A model generated the notes under the pieces. That model searched no databases, was not told the origin of the DNA, and saw only the letters and a program-made list of their open reading frames with translations. The translations under genes and the position numbers were made by a program. Source: Takakia lepidozioides (lineage: Eukaryota > Plantae > Bryophyta). From it: a DNA stretch of 64,000 nt. The stretch lies in assembly GCA_030704615.1 (NCBI GenBank), contig CM060732.1, positions 10,230,001-10,294,000 on the forward strand, read 5' to 3'. Position 1 is the first letter of the stretch. Each line of letters begins with the position of its first letter. Below are positions 12,972 to 27,151 of the stretch, piece after piece.

Positions 12972-14992
12972 TCATCAACTGGAGGCTTGCCCCAACCTCC
13001 AGCATGGTATCCGAATGAAGCGCCATCTTGGATTGGTGCATTCAACCCATGAATCTTCAAGTGTGGATAAGAAGGAGGAGGCCCATATCGCTGAAAAGCA
13101 TAAGTCCGAAATGAGCAAACAAGTATAAATGGCTGAGAAACAAGCAAAGTCTAGAGATCGTTAGAGACAACTACAAACAAATATTTAATGAACCCACCCA
13201 AAGTGTCTGATTGTCCGCATGAGAGCCAACATCCAGACACCCCAAAAAATACATTTTCCGAGTAAGATGCATTAGCCATACTCCAAATTCAGAAAACTTG
13301 CAAAACCATAGAAAATTTCTCTAACAAACTTTTATCAAAATTAAGGCATGGATATAGAATCAACTCAAACCAAAGTGTTATTATGTCTATCCTGACCTCC
13401 ATTCAACTACTATTTCTACCTCTATGCCAAGGCTTGGTATATATATATGAAAATTAAAAACAGTAGAACGGAGGTCCCGGGTGAAAATGGTAAGAAGAAC
13501 AATCCAGCAGACCTGCATATTAATAAGCCAAGGAGGAGGTGCCCCATCTGGCATGCCAAGGGCTTCTTTCAGCTCCTGGGATAGTTGTCCGGGCGTCATC
13601 TCTCAGAGTTTCACCTTCATACACAAAAAAAGCCAGCAACAGAAAAACCAGCCTTAGATGTTTGATTCGGTGCTTCTTTACTAAACCACATTATAGCAAT
13701 GTGCACAAGGTAGGTTATACAGTCAATTGGCAAAGTGTCATATAACACCCTACATTTCTTTGCACTGACACATTTCCGAGTAGTTAAGATCCTAGGACAC
13801 CCAAAATAAAACAGAAAGTGCTATCTTGGAGTAGAGACAAGCTGAACACCATATTGACCCTGACCTCAAATGCAAACCTCACCTCAAACTCTTTTCCATC
13901 ATGATAGAGATCACCATGATGAGTAAGCTTTGACTTTGTTTCATACTCAAAAAAAGGCATCATGCAGCACCTGACAAAGGTTGACAAAAGTAAGCCAGCC
14001 ATAATTTAAGAATAATTTCTTATATTGGGGGATCGGGTCAATATTCCCGAACTGGGAAGTGGCAACAGATGGTAACGTACATAAACCATACCAAAATGAA
14101 GGAAGACTGCCACACTAGTGGCAAACACCATTGCCAGAAGGTAATGCGAACCCTTAGCTCAAATTTCATCACTAGGCAGAAAGGAGTAAAACTTCACATA
14201 ATGATAACTGAACTTCCGACTGTCTGGGTGTTTTGAGCCAGCTAATCACCATGTGGCAATTCATTGCCTTCACCAACGCAGCATTGATTTGGTTTGCACT
14301 CTCCAGATAAAGAACAAGATAGCCATCAAGACACCTTGAGATAAGACACACCTGGTCATCAATGTCCATCTTTCCCAGCTTGGGTTGCATCTTCTCTCTC
14401 TGCTTCTGCTTAAGCTTCTTACTATCCTCCTTTTCAATGTATGCCTGGGACCACAGCATGTTGACAGATGGTATCAATTGAGAAGGAAATAACCAAAAGA
14501 ATAAGACTCGGTCATCCACTAGAAACAAATCCAACTGGTCATCAGTCATAACCCAAAACCCTGACACTACTAAGGTTAAGAGACAAAAATGCCAACTATG
14601 TACATGCCTTCGCCCAACTCCCAATCCAAGAAGCTCATTTCACCTGGGCTCCTTGCTTCATCCCACATTCCATCTTTGTCATACTTGAAGTGCATGCCAT
14701 AGCGAAATCTCCTTCATCCCATATTGGCTTAATCAGTCAGTCTCAAATAAGCTTTTTTCTCGGTGTGTGTAGTTTCAATGTTAAATGTGTAAGCAGATGC
14801 TTAACAATCTTAAACCCCAGTTCATCAAGGCTACCTCAACTTACGCTGGAGTCACACCAGACTTACACATCCCACTTAGTAGGAATGTGTGCCGCCTAAA
14901 CCTAAAAACACATCCATACCTGTGTTCTCAATGCCAGTTGCGGCAATGAAATAAGGAAGCTGGAACGGCTGCTTCTCAATACCACGCTTCCC
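12972..14992 (-). pseudogene. SF3B2: internal fragment of splicing factor 3B subunit 2 (SAP145), with introns
   Basis: Exon peptides GKRGIEKQPFQLPYFIAATGIE, AYIEKEDSKKLKQKQREKMQPKLGKMDIDDQ, FFEYETKSKLTHHGDLYHDGKEFE, LSQELKEALGMPDGAPPPWLINMQ, RYGPPPSYPHLKIHGLNAPIQDGASFGYHAGGWGKPPVDE; N- and C-terminal exons not found. Confidence 0.85.
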
Positions 14993-15511
14993 CTGAAAGC
15001 ACAGTTACAGTCAAAACCACATATGACAATGTTGTTGCAAAGATGTGTTTGATCTAAACAAGAATTCAGTCAATACATTAGCAAAGCAATGTCAACTTTG
15101 TGTCCCTCTGAAGTTAACACAGTCATATAGATTTCTTTGTTGCAGGATGCAGGAGGCAAAATATTGCATAAATGCATGGCATAATACGCAAGACAGGACT
15201 GCAGAGAGGCTCCTTAGCATGGCATAGTTGTAGGGCCAGAAAATTGGGACGCCTGAAAATGTGCCAGATAAATGTTCCTCCTGTCTCACATACTAAACCA
15301 TACACATATGCAACATAAGAAGCAGCATTGTGGGTTCTGTGACAATGAAATCAAGTCTGTTTTCTTCTGTATTGCACAAACACGCTACATAGGGTCAACA
15401 CTAGAAAATACACACCATACTGGGAAATGGAAGCTGAAAGCACAGCACATAGGGAGGAGGAGAAACACAAAGAGATACTAACCACCAACAAAAAGTTGCG
15501 CCAGGCCAATA

Positions 15512-16307
15512 CCGTAGTGGGATAGCCGGTTAGGCAGAAATTAATTCAAGAAAAAAGTGCCTAATCCAAATAAATTATTTTTGGCAAGAGTGCCTAATTT
15601 TCAAAAATTTCTCTAAAAGTGCCTAATGGTATAAAAACTTGAATTTAAATTTAAAAAATAGAAAATAGAAAACAAATCTAAAAGTAATACCCAATTTTGA
15701 TGCTTGTACTAACTCCAGATAACCTTGCGTTGACTCAACTATCTCATTGTAGGTTGCCTCGTATCCAAGCTTTCCTTCCGACTCTGAACTATCATTGAGA
15801 TTAGGAAGCCCTTCATCTACAATATGAAGATTTGCCAAACATCTACTCATGCTATCAACTACACTGAGGTCAAGATAAATGTCCGGACATCTTCCATAAC
15901 AAGATCCCTTTCCAAGATATGATCGGAGGTGGCAAAGAAGTCGCTTGCAAAATTAGCTCTCATAGCCTCTCCCTGAAACATGTATTTGAATGCATGTAAA
16001 ATGCCACATTGTTCCCAGCCGGACACAATCATCTCTGTATGACGTCCAACATGATACCAAGCCTCCCACAACCAAAGAGCTGCCCACTCACGCATCTTGG
16101 ATACCTGTGTGATCACCTTCACCTCTGCAACTCGAACACCCTCCTGCCACCCGCCTTTTGTGATCATTATTTTTAGTTGCCTAATTTAAAAAAATTACAC
16201 ATCCAAGATGCCTAATTTAAAAAAAAATTCTCAAAAGTGCCTAACTACAAGATTCCCCAAAAATAATTATTAGGCAGGCAAGTGCCTAACCGGCCATCCC
16301 ACTACGG
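15512..16307 (-). mobile_element. pogo-like (Tc1/mariner) deletion derivative
   Basis: TIRs CCGTAGTGGGATAGCCGGTTAGGCA / TGCCTAACCGGCCATCCCACTACGG, flanked by TA on both sides; internal WLWEAWYHV..EMIVSGWEQCGI is a pogo transposase C-terminus. Confidence 0.9.
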
Positions 16308-16734
16308 TATATCGAAGGCCACAAGGCCGATGCCATCAACCATGGCAGTAGTGCCTCCATTGTGCAACTGGAATATAGCCACTTTTCTAGCCTTGTCACC
16401 TCATTATTCTCGCCACATGGGCACTTGATAGAATTCATACGTGGCCCCGCCAGCGATTTTTGAAAAATAAAAAACAAAACACTGAAATTACACATAAAGA
16501 AAATGTAATGTCTACTAAAATTGTGAAGAAAAATAGACCTAATGGAATATGCAATTTCATAAATGTTTTACCTAGGGAGTGCACCGGGTGTAATTTAAGG
16601 AGAGGTTCATTTAGGGCAGGTGTTATCTTGGGAAGGTGTAGCAAGGAGTTGACAATTTTTTGACACCATGGGTAGTCTCTAGAGAGGAGCGAACAAACAA
16701 ACAAACTGGCTTACTTCATATTTTAAAAAAAAAG

Positions 16735-17066
16735 GTGGACGCATTGCCGAAGCAAGCGTAACTTATGGTGTCACTTGACCCCATAGGACTACTGCCTTAT
16801 GGTAAGAAGGCAGTATATACTTGCTTCATATATACTAGGGTAGCTTGTGTACCGTTGGCCCAAGTGTCCAGTGCAATCCCCTATGTATCAAAGTGCGTCG
16901 CCTATGTCGAGGCCCAAATGCAACCTCTAGGGTAGCCCTTGCCGTTGGCCCAAGTGTCCAATGTCATCTAAGTAGGTTTTTTTTCCACAGAGCCTACGAC
17001 CAGATTTGAACCGCAGACCTTTCCCTTGATATCTCTCCCGTCGAGGCTCCAACCATTGTCCCAGGA
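16735..17066 (-). mobile_element. tRNA-derived SINE
   Basis: Minus-strand head TGGGACAATGG...GGTTCAAATC; 3' tail shared with the 8095 element; T-run after the tail; internal 19-bp direct repeat. Confidence 0.6.
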
Positions 17067-17489
17067 ATGCCTACTTTGCCATTTTTGCTATGTTTTGTGA
17101 ATTTCCAGCGACCAAAAGTTGGAATTCCACATCTCCCACACCGCAAGTCCAAAAATCATGAGACCAAGCCCGTGCACCCTCCTCGTCGAGGGCTCTCCAA
17201 CGGTACCAAGCACCAGGGCTGCCCCCCCCCCCGCGGTTTGGGACATCTCAATGTGACAAAACAAATAAAACGTCTCGCTTCATATATTGATACCTTGCCC
17301 CGGCCATTCATTTTCTTCAAAGAATATGCCATAACCAGGATGGGAAGAGGGCTCAAAACATGGTACCCCCCAACACTGGAAGTAAGAAGTCAACCTGTCT
17401 TTATGCAGGGTAAGTATATGGGCCACGTACCTTGGTCTTCATGTCGAGGACGACCTATGTCCCGTGGGGGACTTTTACCCTATAAGTAA

Positions 17490-17789
17490 GAGCATCTCCA
17501 CCAGGGGTACCCCATACAACCCTGCAACGGTAACCTCCTGCGGCCTCCAACACTCCCCTCCCCCAGCTGCAACCCCATCAAACTTCTTTTCGGCTGACGT
17601 GCCTTGCTCCGGAGGGACCACCTGGACTGACGCCACCACCTTACCCTCACGCCATAAATGCAGGCAGTCATGTTTTTAGTGGCTCCAGCAAGGTACCGGC
17701 GGGGTCTGGCGGGCCTCTATCCTGCACGAAAGTAGGGGCACAGGGGCGCGGATACCAGGGCCGGGGCTCCTTTGCCGTTGCAGATGCTC
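17490..17789. mobile_element. Tourist-like (PIF/Harbinger) MITE
   Basis: TIRs GAGCATCTCCA / TGCAGATGCTC, TAA target-site duplication, 300 bp, non-coding. Confidence 0.9.
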
Positions 17790-18845
17790 TAAGGCTACAC
17801 TTGGATTTTTTAAGGTGGATTTTTCAAGGCTTCCGAAGGAGAAGGGCCCAGTGGAGGAAGGGCTCTGCTCCTATACGTGGGGCCCACACGGTGCGCCTTT
17901 GAGAAAAGACAATAGACGATGGCAAAAGAGACTACACAATTCACCAAGCATTTCACGCCTTGTAGATATCGCATGCAGCCAACGTTCCAGAAGCAGTAAA
18001 TATACAAAATTTCACTGCCATAAGCATGAAGCCACACAACATTGTGATGTGAAGTCCTGCCTTGAGCGAGCACATGCAGAAACCAAATACACCAAACCAG
18101 GCAACTAAGAGTATCCATTAAAATCTACTGAAACTCATATTATGATGGGTTGGACTTCACTCTAACTGAGAGAAGAAGGCTCAACACACGCATGCAGGAG
18201 GACGTCCAGACAGAAGGCTGATCAGTAACTTTGCACCAGCTACAGCAGCCTGTGTGGTCATTACAGTCAAGGGACTCTTCACATGTCAAGTAGCAGGATT
18301 GTTGACTTGCATAGGCAGTCAGTCAGGGGATCTGTCACCTCCATAGCCAGCTCTGGGTCCATCATCCACAACTAAGACTTAGGGTATCATGCTCTACCCT
18401 GCACAAGTCCCACTCATGTGCACAGACAAAGGCTGCACCTCCCAAGGGACACTGGTCCTCTCATTTGCTCTCCAACATGTCTATTGGGATAAATTAGGAT
18501 GCCTGCATGCCTGGAGGCTGCAGATTGCAGCAAGGCAAGAGTATCACTTTCCCATGTGATTTTTTTTTATCTGTATTCGCCTTGAATTCTTAAAGCACAA
18601 AGCATCGAACCCAGTTAGGATATTACTCCAACCGATCGAGTCCGAAGAGTTTCCAACAAGAATCATCCGTGGCTTTTGATGCTTGCCCAATGGAACTAGT
18701 TTCATCTCAATGACCCTTATTTTACTGCCTGCCTGTACATACTGAATAAGAGTAACCTAGCATGACAGCTTAAAATGTCAGGATAGCTCAACACGTACAC
18801 TTCGGAGGTTTAAGAGAAGATTGACAAAGATAGTCCCCCTGCAGC

Positions 18846-21800
18846 CTACAAAGCCTCCTTTCTAAGGCTTGCTTGATACTGGGTCCATGCCACCATAGCT
18901 GCTCCAATAGCGGGCTCCACCTGCTCATGCAGACACCTTCGAGTCTTCAGACAAGCATACATTTCTTTCCTCTGGAAGGAAGCCACCATTCTAGAGTTCA
19001 ACTATACTTGAAAACAGGTGTTCATGGACTCTTATACAGCCCCCTCTGAGAAGTCAGTCTGCCCCCAAAACATTCAATCCACAACTTCAAACCATATGCA
19101 CTTACTAGACACCCTGTAGTTTAAACCTTCAAACAAAATCCTCGTCTCTGCCATCTAATCTCAAAGCAATTCCGGGAGTGGTCTCTTCTCTTGACTGACC
19201 ACTAATGGAGTTCTGCTGCCCACCCAAATAAGCAGTTCACAGACATGGAAAGCTTGCAAATATACCAGGGGAAGCAGTTTACCTTGGGCCGAATTGGCTG
19301 AGCCCCCGGAAGCATCTCTGACACAACATTATATGTAAGGGCTTGCAAAGGTCCCAGCCATCCTCACTCTCAAACACACCACCAACCATTACAAAAGGAA
19401 ATGGTTTATTGCAATCTGCAACATCAAAAGCCAAAAACTCCTATCAGATATGGACCAGTCCAAAGAAACTCCAAAAAGCACAAGTGCAATTGTAACTGCA
19501 TGGAGGTAGGACACATCACATTACCGAACGGGAGCAAAAGCCAAAGTCTTGTCTGCAACTCTAGAATAATCAACCATGAACAACAAAATATGCTCAAGAG
19601 TTTCAAACAACGTATCCAAAATTAAATGGTTTGGTTATTGTAGTGCCTGTTACAAATGCAATCAGCATGTTTCGTACCCCAGCCCGGCCCAAAAGCCCAA
19701 CTGGAGACTAACAAAGGAAAGCCTTCTACGTTGGTGCAACTTGTCTTGTTGTAGATGTGTATGAGGCTGAAGGAAGAGTGCACCCACTAAAACCTTGAAT
19801 TCACATGCTTTGCGACAAATGACAAACTCCAACAGAATCACACAAGTTTCACCATAAACAATGATGTGCATGTGAGAAGTTAGAGATCTGTACCCTTGCC
19901 ACTAAGCTTCAAAGTATGAACAACAGCTTTCACACTGCAGGCCAACTCATGGACAGCATCATCTAGCACTTTTCTTGCTACAGTATCACCATCACGAGCA
20001 CAAGCCTTTATGGTAGGTACCAGAGCAGCCACACGTGCCCAGGAAGAATCTGCATAGGCCCACCTGCCCAACCCAGAGTGAGCCAACCTCAATGTAGTTG
20101 ACTACCACGTGAGAAATACAACGATATTTACAATTATACTTATATTATATTACCTCATGGTTTGGACTACACTCCCTGTCATAGTTCTTCAGAGTCCCAC
20201 TGACAGCATTGTATCATTTGAACAAGAGGAAGAACAAGAAAACAAACTAGACAGGAAACCCAGAAAGAAATGAAATGAAATGAAAAGGTACTTTATAAGA
20301 AAGAAAGCAACTTTTTTAGCCTCCAGGGAAGCTCGAAGAGCTTATGGAAAGATAGAAAACCATTGGGGCCCAAAGAAAGACAGACCCCTCACAGTTGCTG
20401 TGGGGCAATAGACCCTGTACCTGGTGGAATGACGAACACAGAGGAAGCCACAGAGACACAGACAGGAAGATGAGCCAGGAGACAGACAAACAGAGGATTT
20501 TCATTGAGAAGAAACTCAGTTCTACCACATTATTTGGATAATTTCCGATTACAGTAGATGTGCACCAGATTTCAAGTGCTTTGCTTTGTACCATAACTGC
20601 CTGTGGTCTTACTAATCTTGGCCCCAGTCACCTCCATTGCTCTTGGTTCACAAAGAATGTACTCATAAGACGTTGTTTGCCGTAGCCTTGTGGCCATTGA
20701 CCCCGCGCCCAGTTTGAGCGGAACACAAAGGGACAGAACCTACCTTTGTCAGGGGCTGACGTCGGTAGTAAGACTTACCTTGGAGTAAACAATTGATCCG
20801 GGTTTTCCAGATATCCTCTAGAAATCCCTTCACCAAGCAAAAATCTGCTGTGTGTGGTTTGCCCAATAACTAGGCCCCAAAAGGGCCTGGGCTATTGGTT
20901 CAGCCTCGAGACGTTCAAAGTTGGTAAACAGAGAAACAGGCACAATTCCCTTGATAGATTTGAGGAGAGCGCCTCTCTGGTGAGAGAACCCCGGACAATG
21001 AATCAGGAGATGAATATTATCTTCGGGTTGCCCACACAACGGGCAATTGCACTCTCCCTTTCCTCTCTGCTTCTGTTTGCTGTTCAAAGGTAGGCTTCCT
21101 GCCCTCAGCTTAAATTTCAGTCTAGTGCCGAGAGTGGGCCCCCATGTCACATACTGGAAACAAGTTCAGGGAAGTTTTCTGCCTAACCTCATTTTCATCA
21201 GACAATTTCATGACAACAGACATGGCTTTGGACACTACAGCCTCTAAGTATCCAGCAGGGTCAAGACCTGCGGGTCCAGATTCAGATCCTTGAGAATCTC
21301 TTCTACTCTCCTGCCAGGACTTAACCTGTTTGACAGGGTGGTCCTGTTTCCAAGATATAGAGTACAAGTAACTTCGGATATCTGGTGTTGGACATGTGTT
21401 GCAGCTGACCCCACCATCTGACCTTGAATTCATCTAGTCGGGAGCAAAGATTGTACTCATAAGACATTGTTTGCCATAGGCTTGTGGCAATTGACCCCTT
21501 GCGCCCAGTTTTGAACGGAACATAAAGGGACAGGAACTACCTTTGTCAGGGGCTGACGCCGGTTAGTACGATTTCCCTTGAATAAAACAGTTGATCCGAG
21601 ATTTCCAGATTCCTCCAGAAATCCCGTTCACACAAGCAGATAATTGCTGTGTGTGATTTGCCCACTAGCTAGACCCAAAAGGGCCTGAGGCTTTTGGCTC
21701 AGTCAAGATTTTCAAAGTTGTTAAACAGAGGTACAGGGCACAATTCCTTGATGGCATGGAATGGAAGAGGGTGTGTGTCCCGTGGTGAGAGTAGTACCAG

Positions 21801-24671
21801 GACAATGAATCAGGAAGTGAATATTGTCTTCAGGTTGCCCACACAACGGGCACTTACAATCCCCCTTCCTCTCTGCGACTGTTTGTTGTTCAAAGGTAGG
21901 CTACTCGCACCTGATTTGAATTTCAGTTAGTGCCGAGGGTGGGCTAGACCCTTGAGGTCCTCCATGATGGCCTCACCCATGTCACAGACTGGAAACAGGT
22001 GCAGGGAAGTTTTCTGCCTAACTTCATTTATTTTCTTCGGACAATTTCTATGGCAATAGACATGGCTTCGGAAACTTCAGCTTCTAAGCCAGATTTATCA
22101 AGCAGGGTCATGGCTAGTGGACTAAGATTCAGATCCTTGAAAATCTCTTCTACCCTTTTCTGCCAGGATTTAGCTTGTTTTACAGGGCTAAATCGTCGGG
22201 AGCCAAGAGACAGACACAGACAGAGGAGGAAGCGGTAGGTGTAGCGAAATAACCAATCGTTCTTCTTCAGGTTGAGAAAGTTTTAGTGTCTCCAAAATGG
22301 TAGATGTTAGGGCTGTTGGGGGACCACGGCCATCATGTGCCCGCATTACTGCTGCCAAAGCCTGGGATGCAATAGCATACCCACTGGGAATGCCAAGTTC
22401 CACCGCTGTTCATGTTAGAGCTCGAATCTTAGTTTCCAAATTCCAGAAATTGCACAAAGCAAATTGATGAAAAAGAATGAGGAGAGAATGTACTCACAGG
22501 AAAGAGAAAGGGAGAGGGAGCATCACAGCAGTGGGGGTTAACAAAGTTGGTTTAACTTTCTCTTCTTCACTAAAGCACAGCCCTCTATTCACAGGTGAGC
22601 AACTAGCATATGAAGTGGTAGATTAAGACTACCTCTCTCTATTCCCTGCAAGGCCCCAAAAAAGTCCACAGATTGGCTTTGCAGGGGGCCAACTCAATGA
22701 ACCAAATACTGCCTCCCCACCTTCCTCCCTCAGTCTTTGACACCAGGACAAAGAGTTCAGATCTCGTCTCAAGAAAAACATTTCCTCCACAGATTTTCAG
22801 TGATTGCAAACAAATATCATTGCGCCATCCCTTATTATTCATCAAAGCATCCAACACGGAGTACAGAACTTAAACATAAATAAGAGAAACTCAGTTGATG
22901 TGTATGCAGATTCAAACCAACTCAACCTTGAAAAAGTATGAGCAGAGAACATGGGAGCAGATACTAAGATGTTGAAGAGATGAGCATGCAAACCCTGTAT
23001 TATGCAGCCAAAACCTTTACAAACCTGCCCTGATCTCCAAGTAAAGGTCCCACTCCCGATGCCCGTGCCAGCTTCCCGTTCTCCCCAAAACCAAAAGCTA
23101 TTGTACCAGTGCCTGCTATGAGCACACATCCATAGAGCTTGCCAGCTGTTCCACTAGCAAGCGCAGCCACAGAATCATTGTGCACATACAGCTGAACATC
23201 ACTTGGAAAAATCTCCCTGAATGTGGAAGCAAAGCAACATTTCTATTAAGATGTGAATATGGAGAGAAGATGATATACTCCTAAGACATTTCCTGTCCTC
23301 CTTGTGGCCATACACCACCGGAGAAGAAAATGTGAGAGGGGGAGCGGAAAGAAAGAAGAGCGGCAGGGGGTCCCTACAACATAGAAGGCTCCCCTTGCTG
23401 CAGTAGGGGTTTACCCTTAAAATATAATTGAGACCAAGGGAGCACACAGAGGTCAGTAACTACCTCTTTGATGCTTTCATAGAGGGCTTCACTTGAGCAA
23501 AGCCGCTATTTTAAAATGCATTAGAAGATGGTAGCTATCCTCACGATCATGCCCACAACCAGACTATGAACTCCCTCCCAGCGGGATTAAATCACTCCAA
23601 TGAGGTAGGCTGCCTACTCTAAATTTGAACTGCAGCCTGGGTGCCAAACATGGGGAGGCCCTTTAGATAGCACTTGAGTTCCAGTTGTTCCTTTAAAGGC
23701 TGGAAGAAGCTGCTAGTACAGTGAGAGAGATCAAGATACACCAGATGTGAGACCACAGTTTAAAAGGGTCGCACACCCAACCTTAGCCAGGAGAGATAGT
23801 GTTGGCCGTCTGAGGGGGTGTCGACACCCGCAAGAGCCAGGCATACAGCTTGCACTGCAGAGCGGGGACTGTGAGCCTTCATCAAGGCATTTGCCATGGC
23901 ATGCTCTAGAGCCCATCTTGCCGATGCCTCTGCACCCCACAAAATACCACTTTAACTCCATTCCCAATTTCTCCTTCTTGAACGGGAGTTGAACACGGAA
24001 TTACCTACCAACCTGTCAACAGACAAAATTCTTCTCACACATGTCTTCCCATTAGAGCTTCCGTTCCCTAACTCTAAATTGCACAGTTCAGTACGAAACA
24101 GTATGGAACCAGAATCAGCACTCGAGCTTCCAGTCGATGTCATAATGTTTCTTTCTTTTTTTTCTTTCTCCCTTTGTCATTGAGGGCCTGCAAAAAATGT
24201 GATGCGCCCTGAATTATGTTTCAAAGGCAGAGGGGCTTTAAAATGTAACCGGTATAGACAAATTCTAAGTGTCATAAGAACGCTGGATCACTGCAATGGC
24301 AGTCATGCTATGGGTACTGATTTGCTAAGCAGAGAAAGAGAGATAACTCGGCAAACAATCCCCATCATAATCTGTTGAGTATAGATCTCGTCCCAACGGG
24401 CACAGAGATTCAAGTACCTACCGCCAACACTGTTATGGTTGGAGGAGCCACTGGCGCATCGAGAAAGCAAAAGCAGGGGGTCCTCATCAAGGGGAACAGG
24501 AACTGCCAAGCAGACACATACTGTCGAAGTAGCACCTCCATCCACACCTAGAACCACTTTACTCTTTGGTTCACAAACAAGCTGCGATTCAAACTGCCAT
24601 AGCTCGCCTGCCCGCGACCTTTTGATCCCATTCATTCCCGGGTGTGGTTGAGGCTCTGTATACTTAGACAT
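18846..24671 (-). CDS. N-acetyl-D-glucosamine kinase (BadF/BadG/BcrA/BcrD ATPase family); exons ~24671-24422, 23929-23782, 23216-23025, 22383-~22254, 20063-19894, ~19416-19283, 18920-18846
   Basis: LGVDGGATST, SNHNSVG, VHNDSVAALASGT, LIAGTGTIAFG, GDQGSGYAIA, WAYADSSWARVAALVP, VMVGGV, VEPAIGAA. Two apparent frameshifts (end of exon 4 and within exon 6). Confidence 0.88.
20657..22190 (-). mobile_element. two tandem 5'-truncated LINE 3' ends in a GlcNAc kinase intron (~20657-21360 and ~21451-22190)
   Basis: LGTRLKFKLRAGSLPLN..CPLCGQPEDNIHLLIHCP is a non-LTR ORF2 C-terminal Zn knuckle; both end in GGCAAACAAYGTCTTATGAGTACA. Confidence 0.85.
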
Positions 24672-27151
24672 CAGGTCCGTAGGGAGTTGGTCAGATTAAC
24701 GCCAACTTCGTCAACCTAATCCCCCCTGTGGCTGCAAACACATAGTTCAGATGAAAAGAACCGCTGATTGAACTCGCTTTTCTTGGTCCATTTATACCTG
24801 AAATCACTCTCGGACGATTTTCGGAGCCTCTGCTCTGTGAAGGATTCTCCCTACTGCAAAGGTAGTAACATCGCGCATCCCACTACGTGGCGACAGCCAA
24901 ACAGGCGTGAACGACCGTAACGTAGAAAGAAAGAGCACAAGGTCAGACACAAGGAGCGAAAGCTGTAAATAAGACTGCAAAATCTCACCACACAATCCCT
25001 CAGAATCCAGATTACGGGCACCCAGTTGACTTCGAGAACGAGTCGACGAGAATATGACAAAGGCACTCCCGAAGGCTCAACAAGCGATCTCATTAGTTGA
25101 GATTAAGAACGTGACACCCCGAAAACATCGTACAAGAGAAGACCCAAAAGATCACAACCCAAACTCAACTTACATTTTGATCATTCAATCCGCCTGCCTC
25201 CAAAGATACTGGGGCGATCATGGAACAACTCCTACAATAAAGGGAGGTTAGAAATCAGCATCCTAACGCCCGTTCTTAGTAATTGCCTCCTCTCATCTTT
25301 TTCTTGGCACTGATTGGCCAAAGTGGCATCGAGGAGATCCTTAGTAGAGGTAACAGACCTAACAGACCTACCAGAGGGACGTCAATTCTGAGTACGAACC
25401 CATCGCCCAAGAATCAACAACATCCGCGATCGACACAAAGCAATATAGCAAAGATGGGTATAAATTGCAGGAGGGAACAGATCGGACAATACCTTCTCAT
25501 TCCGGTAGTCACATTCCCACGGTTTTTTTTCTTTGACCTTCCCAAGTCCCCCGTCATTCCTGGGGTACGCAAGGTGTGGTTTCCTTTGTATTCTACTGGG
25601 GGATTCCTGGACATAAATTTCAAGTAGATTTCCGGAATTCCAGGGTAGATTCCTCAGAATTTGTGAGTAAGAATTGGACGGTGCAGATGCTATTTGACCC
25701 TGCAGTAACTTGATCCTGCGGCTGAAATGGATTACGCAGTCCTGGCCGATGTGAAATTCCACACTACATAATGGGACGGCAAGTGATAAAAGAGGCCCTG
25801 GAGTTGAATGCTGCCTCAGCGGGCCTGCCTGCGTGGCCCCACCCCCAGCCACCCCCTCCCCCGCCTCCGCCCCGCCCCCGCCTCCCCCCCCCCCCCCCCC
25901 CCCCCCCCGCGGCCCACGGCCGCGTTAGGCGCCCCCTCCCGCTCCACCCGCTGCCCCCACCAGGGTCCATTGCTCGCAAAAATCCTGCCACACATTCTCA
26001 CTCAGTATTCTCACTCAGTATTACTGTATTGCACACATCCATCATGCATGCCCCATGAATGCAAGAAATACATCCATCACATCATGACTTTGCCATCATA
26101 CAGTTCTATGTGTGCACATGGCTCCTCTTATTACACACATATTGGAGACCGTCAACATTCAAATTTAATGATTATGCCCTTCAACCAAATTCCCATTGTG
26201 ATGGATTTGGCTTGGAAGGAATTCAGTCCTCCACAGTCTTTGGCACATTATTACCAGATCATGCGCATTTGGTTGCCAGTGGCAACTAGGACTAAGGTTC
26301 TTCCGAACAATCGACCCATTGAGGATCATCATTTTGCCAGGTATTGGTCTGAAGCAGGCACCATGCTGAGGGAATTAATTGCCTTTCAGGTTGTTCATGG
26401 GTACATCTACACCAAAACCAAGGAGGTATCTAGTATTGTCATGGGCTGTGGATTGTACTATGCTGCTTGTTTCATTGCACGGTATCACATTGAGCAGCAG
26501 AAGATGCAGTCAAGATTTCTGAGTTATTCCAGTGGAGATCATTGGGTCTTACCTTCGGTTCCACCTCATATGTATCTATATGATGCGAAGATCATGATGC
26601 AGAAGAAACAACATTGAATGTACCTCCAAAACGAATGGACATCATTTAGCAGATGATTGTTGTTATCCAAGTGATTGACCACCTGTCCCAGTTCTTCGTC
26701 CTCTCATTCTGTGTCTCCGAAATTGTGTTCTCGTTTTGAAGAAGGCTTGCTGCTGCCTTGTGCTTTCTCTGTGTGCTTCGACTTGCTTCCCGAAAGACAT
26801 GTCTGCAAATGCGAGAACTGAAGAGTTTGTCCCTCCTGTTGTGCCCCATCTAATCTCTATGCTTCGAAACCAGCTGCAATCTCCGACCGCAAGTGGCAGG
26901 TGCTTTCAATCACAGTGTCGCAAGCATCATTACACTTGCATAAAGGCAGGCTCACACTTTGTTCATCTTTTAATGTGAGTTCCTCAAGATCTCAACATGT
27001 CAAGGTCAAAATCTTGATATTGCAGGTATGCTCCACATGTTTCAGACTAGACACTTATGTTTCAGTTGTAAAAAGAGGAACTGGTAAGCCGAAAGACTGG
27101 AAGTCTGAATGTTTTATGTATGCTTGATTCCTGGCCGTTCTGTTGATCGCA

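Noticed and set aside
25764-26058. Proline- or glycine-rich protein ORFs
   Set aside because: Products of a poly-C/G low-complexity tract
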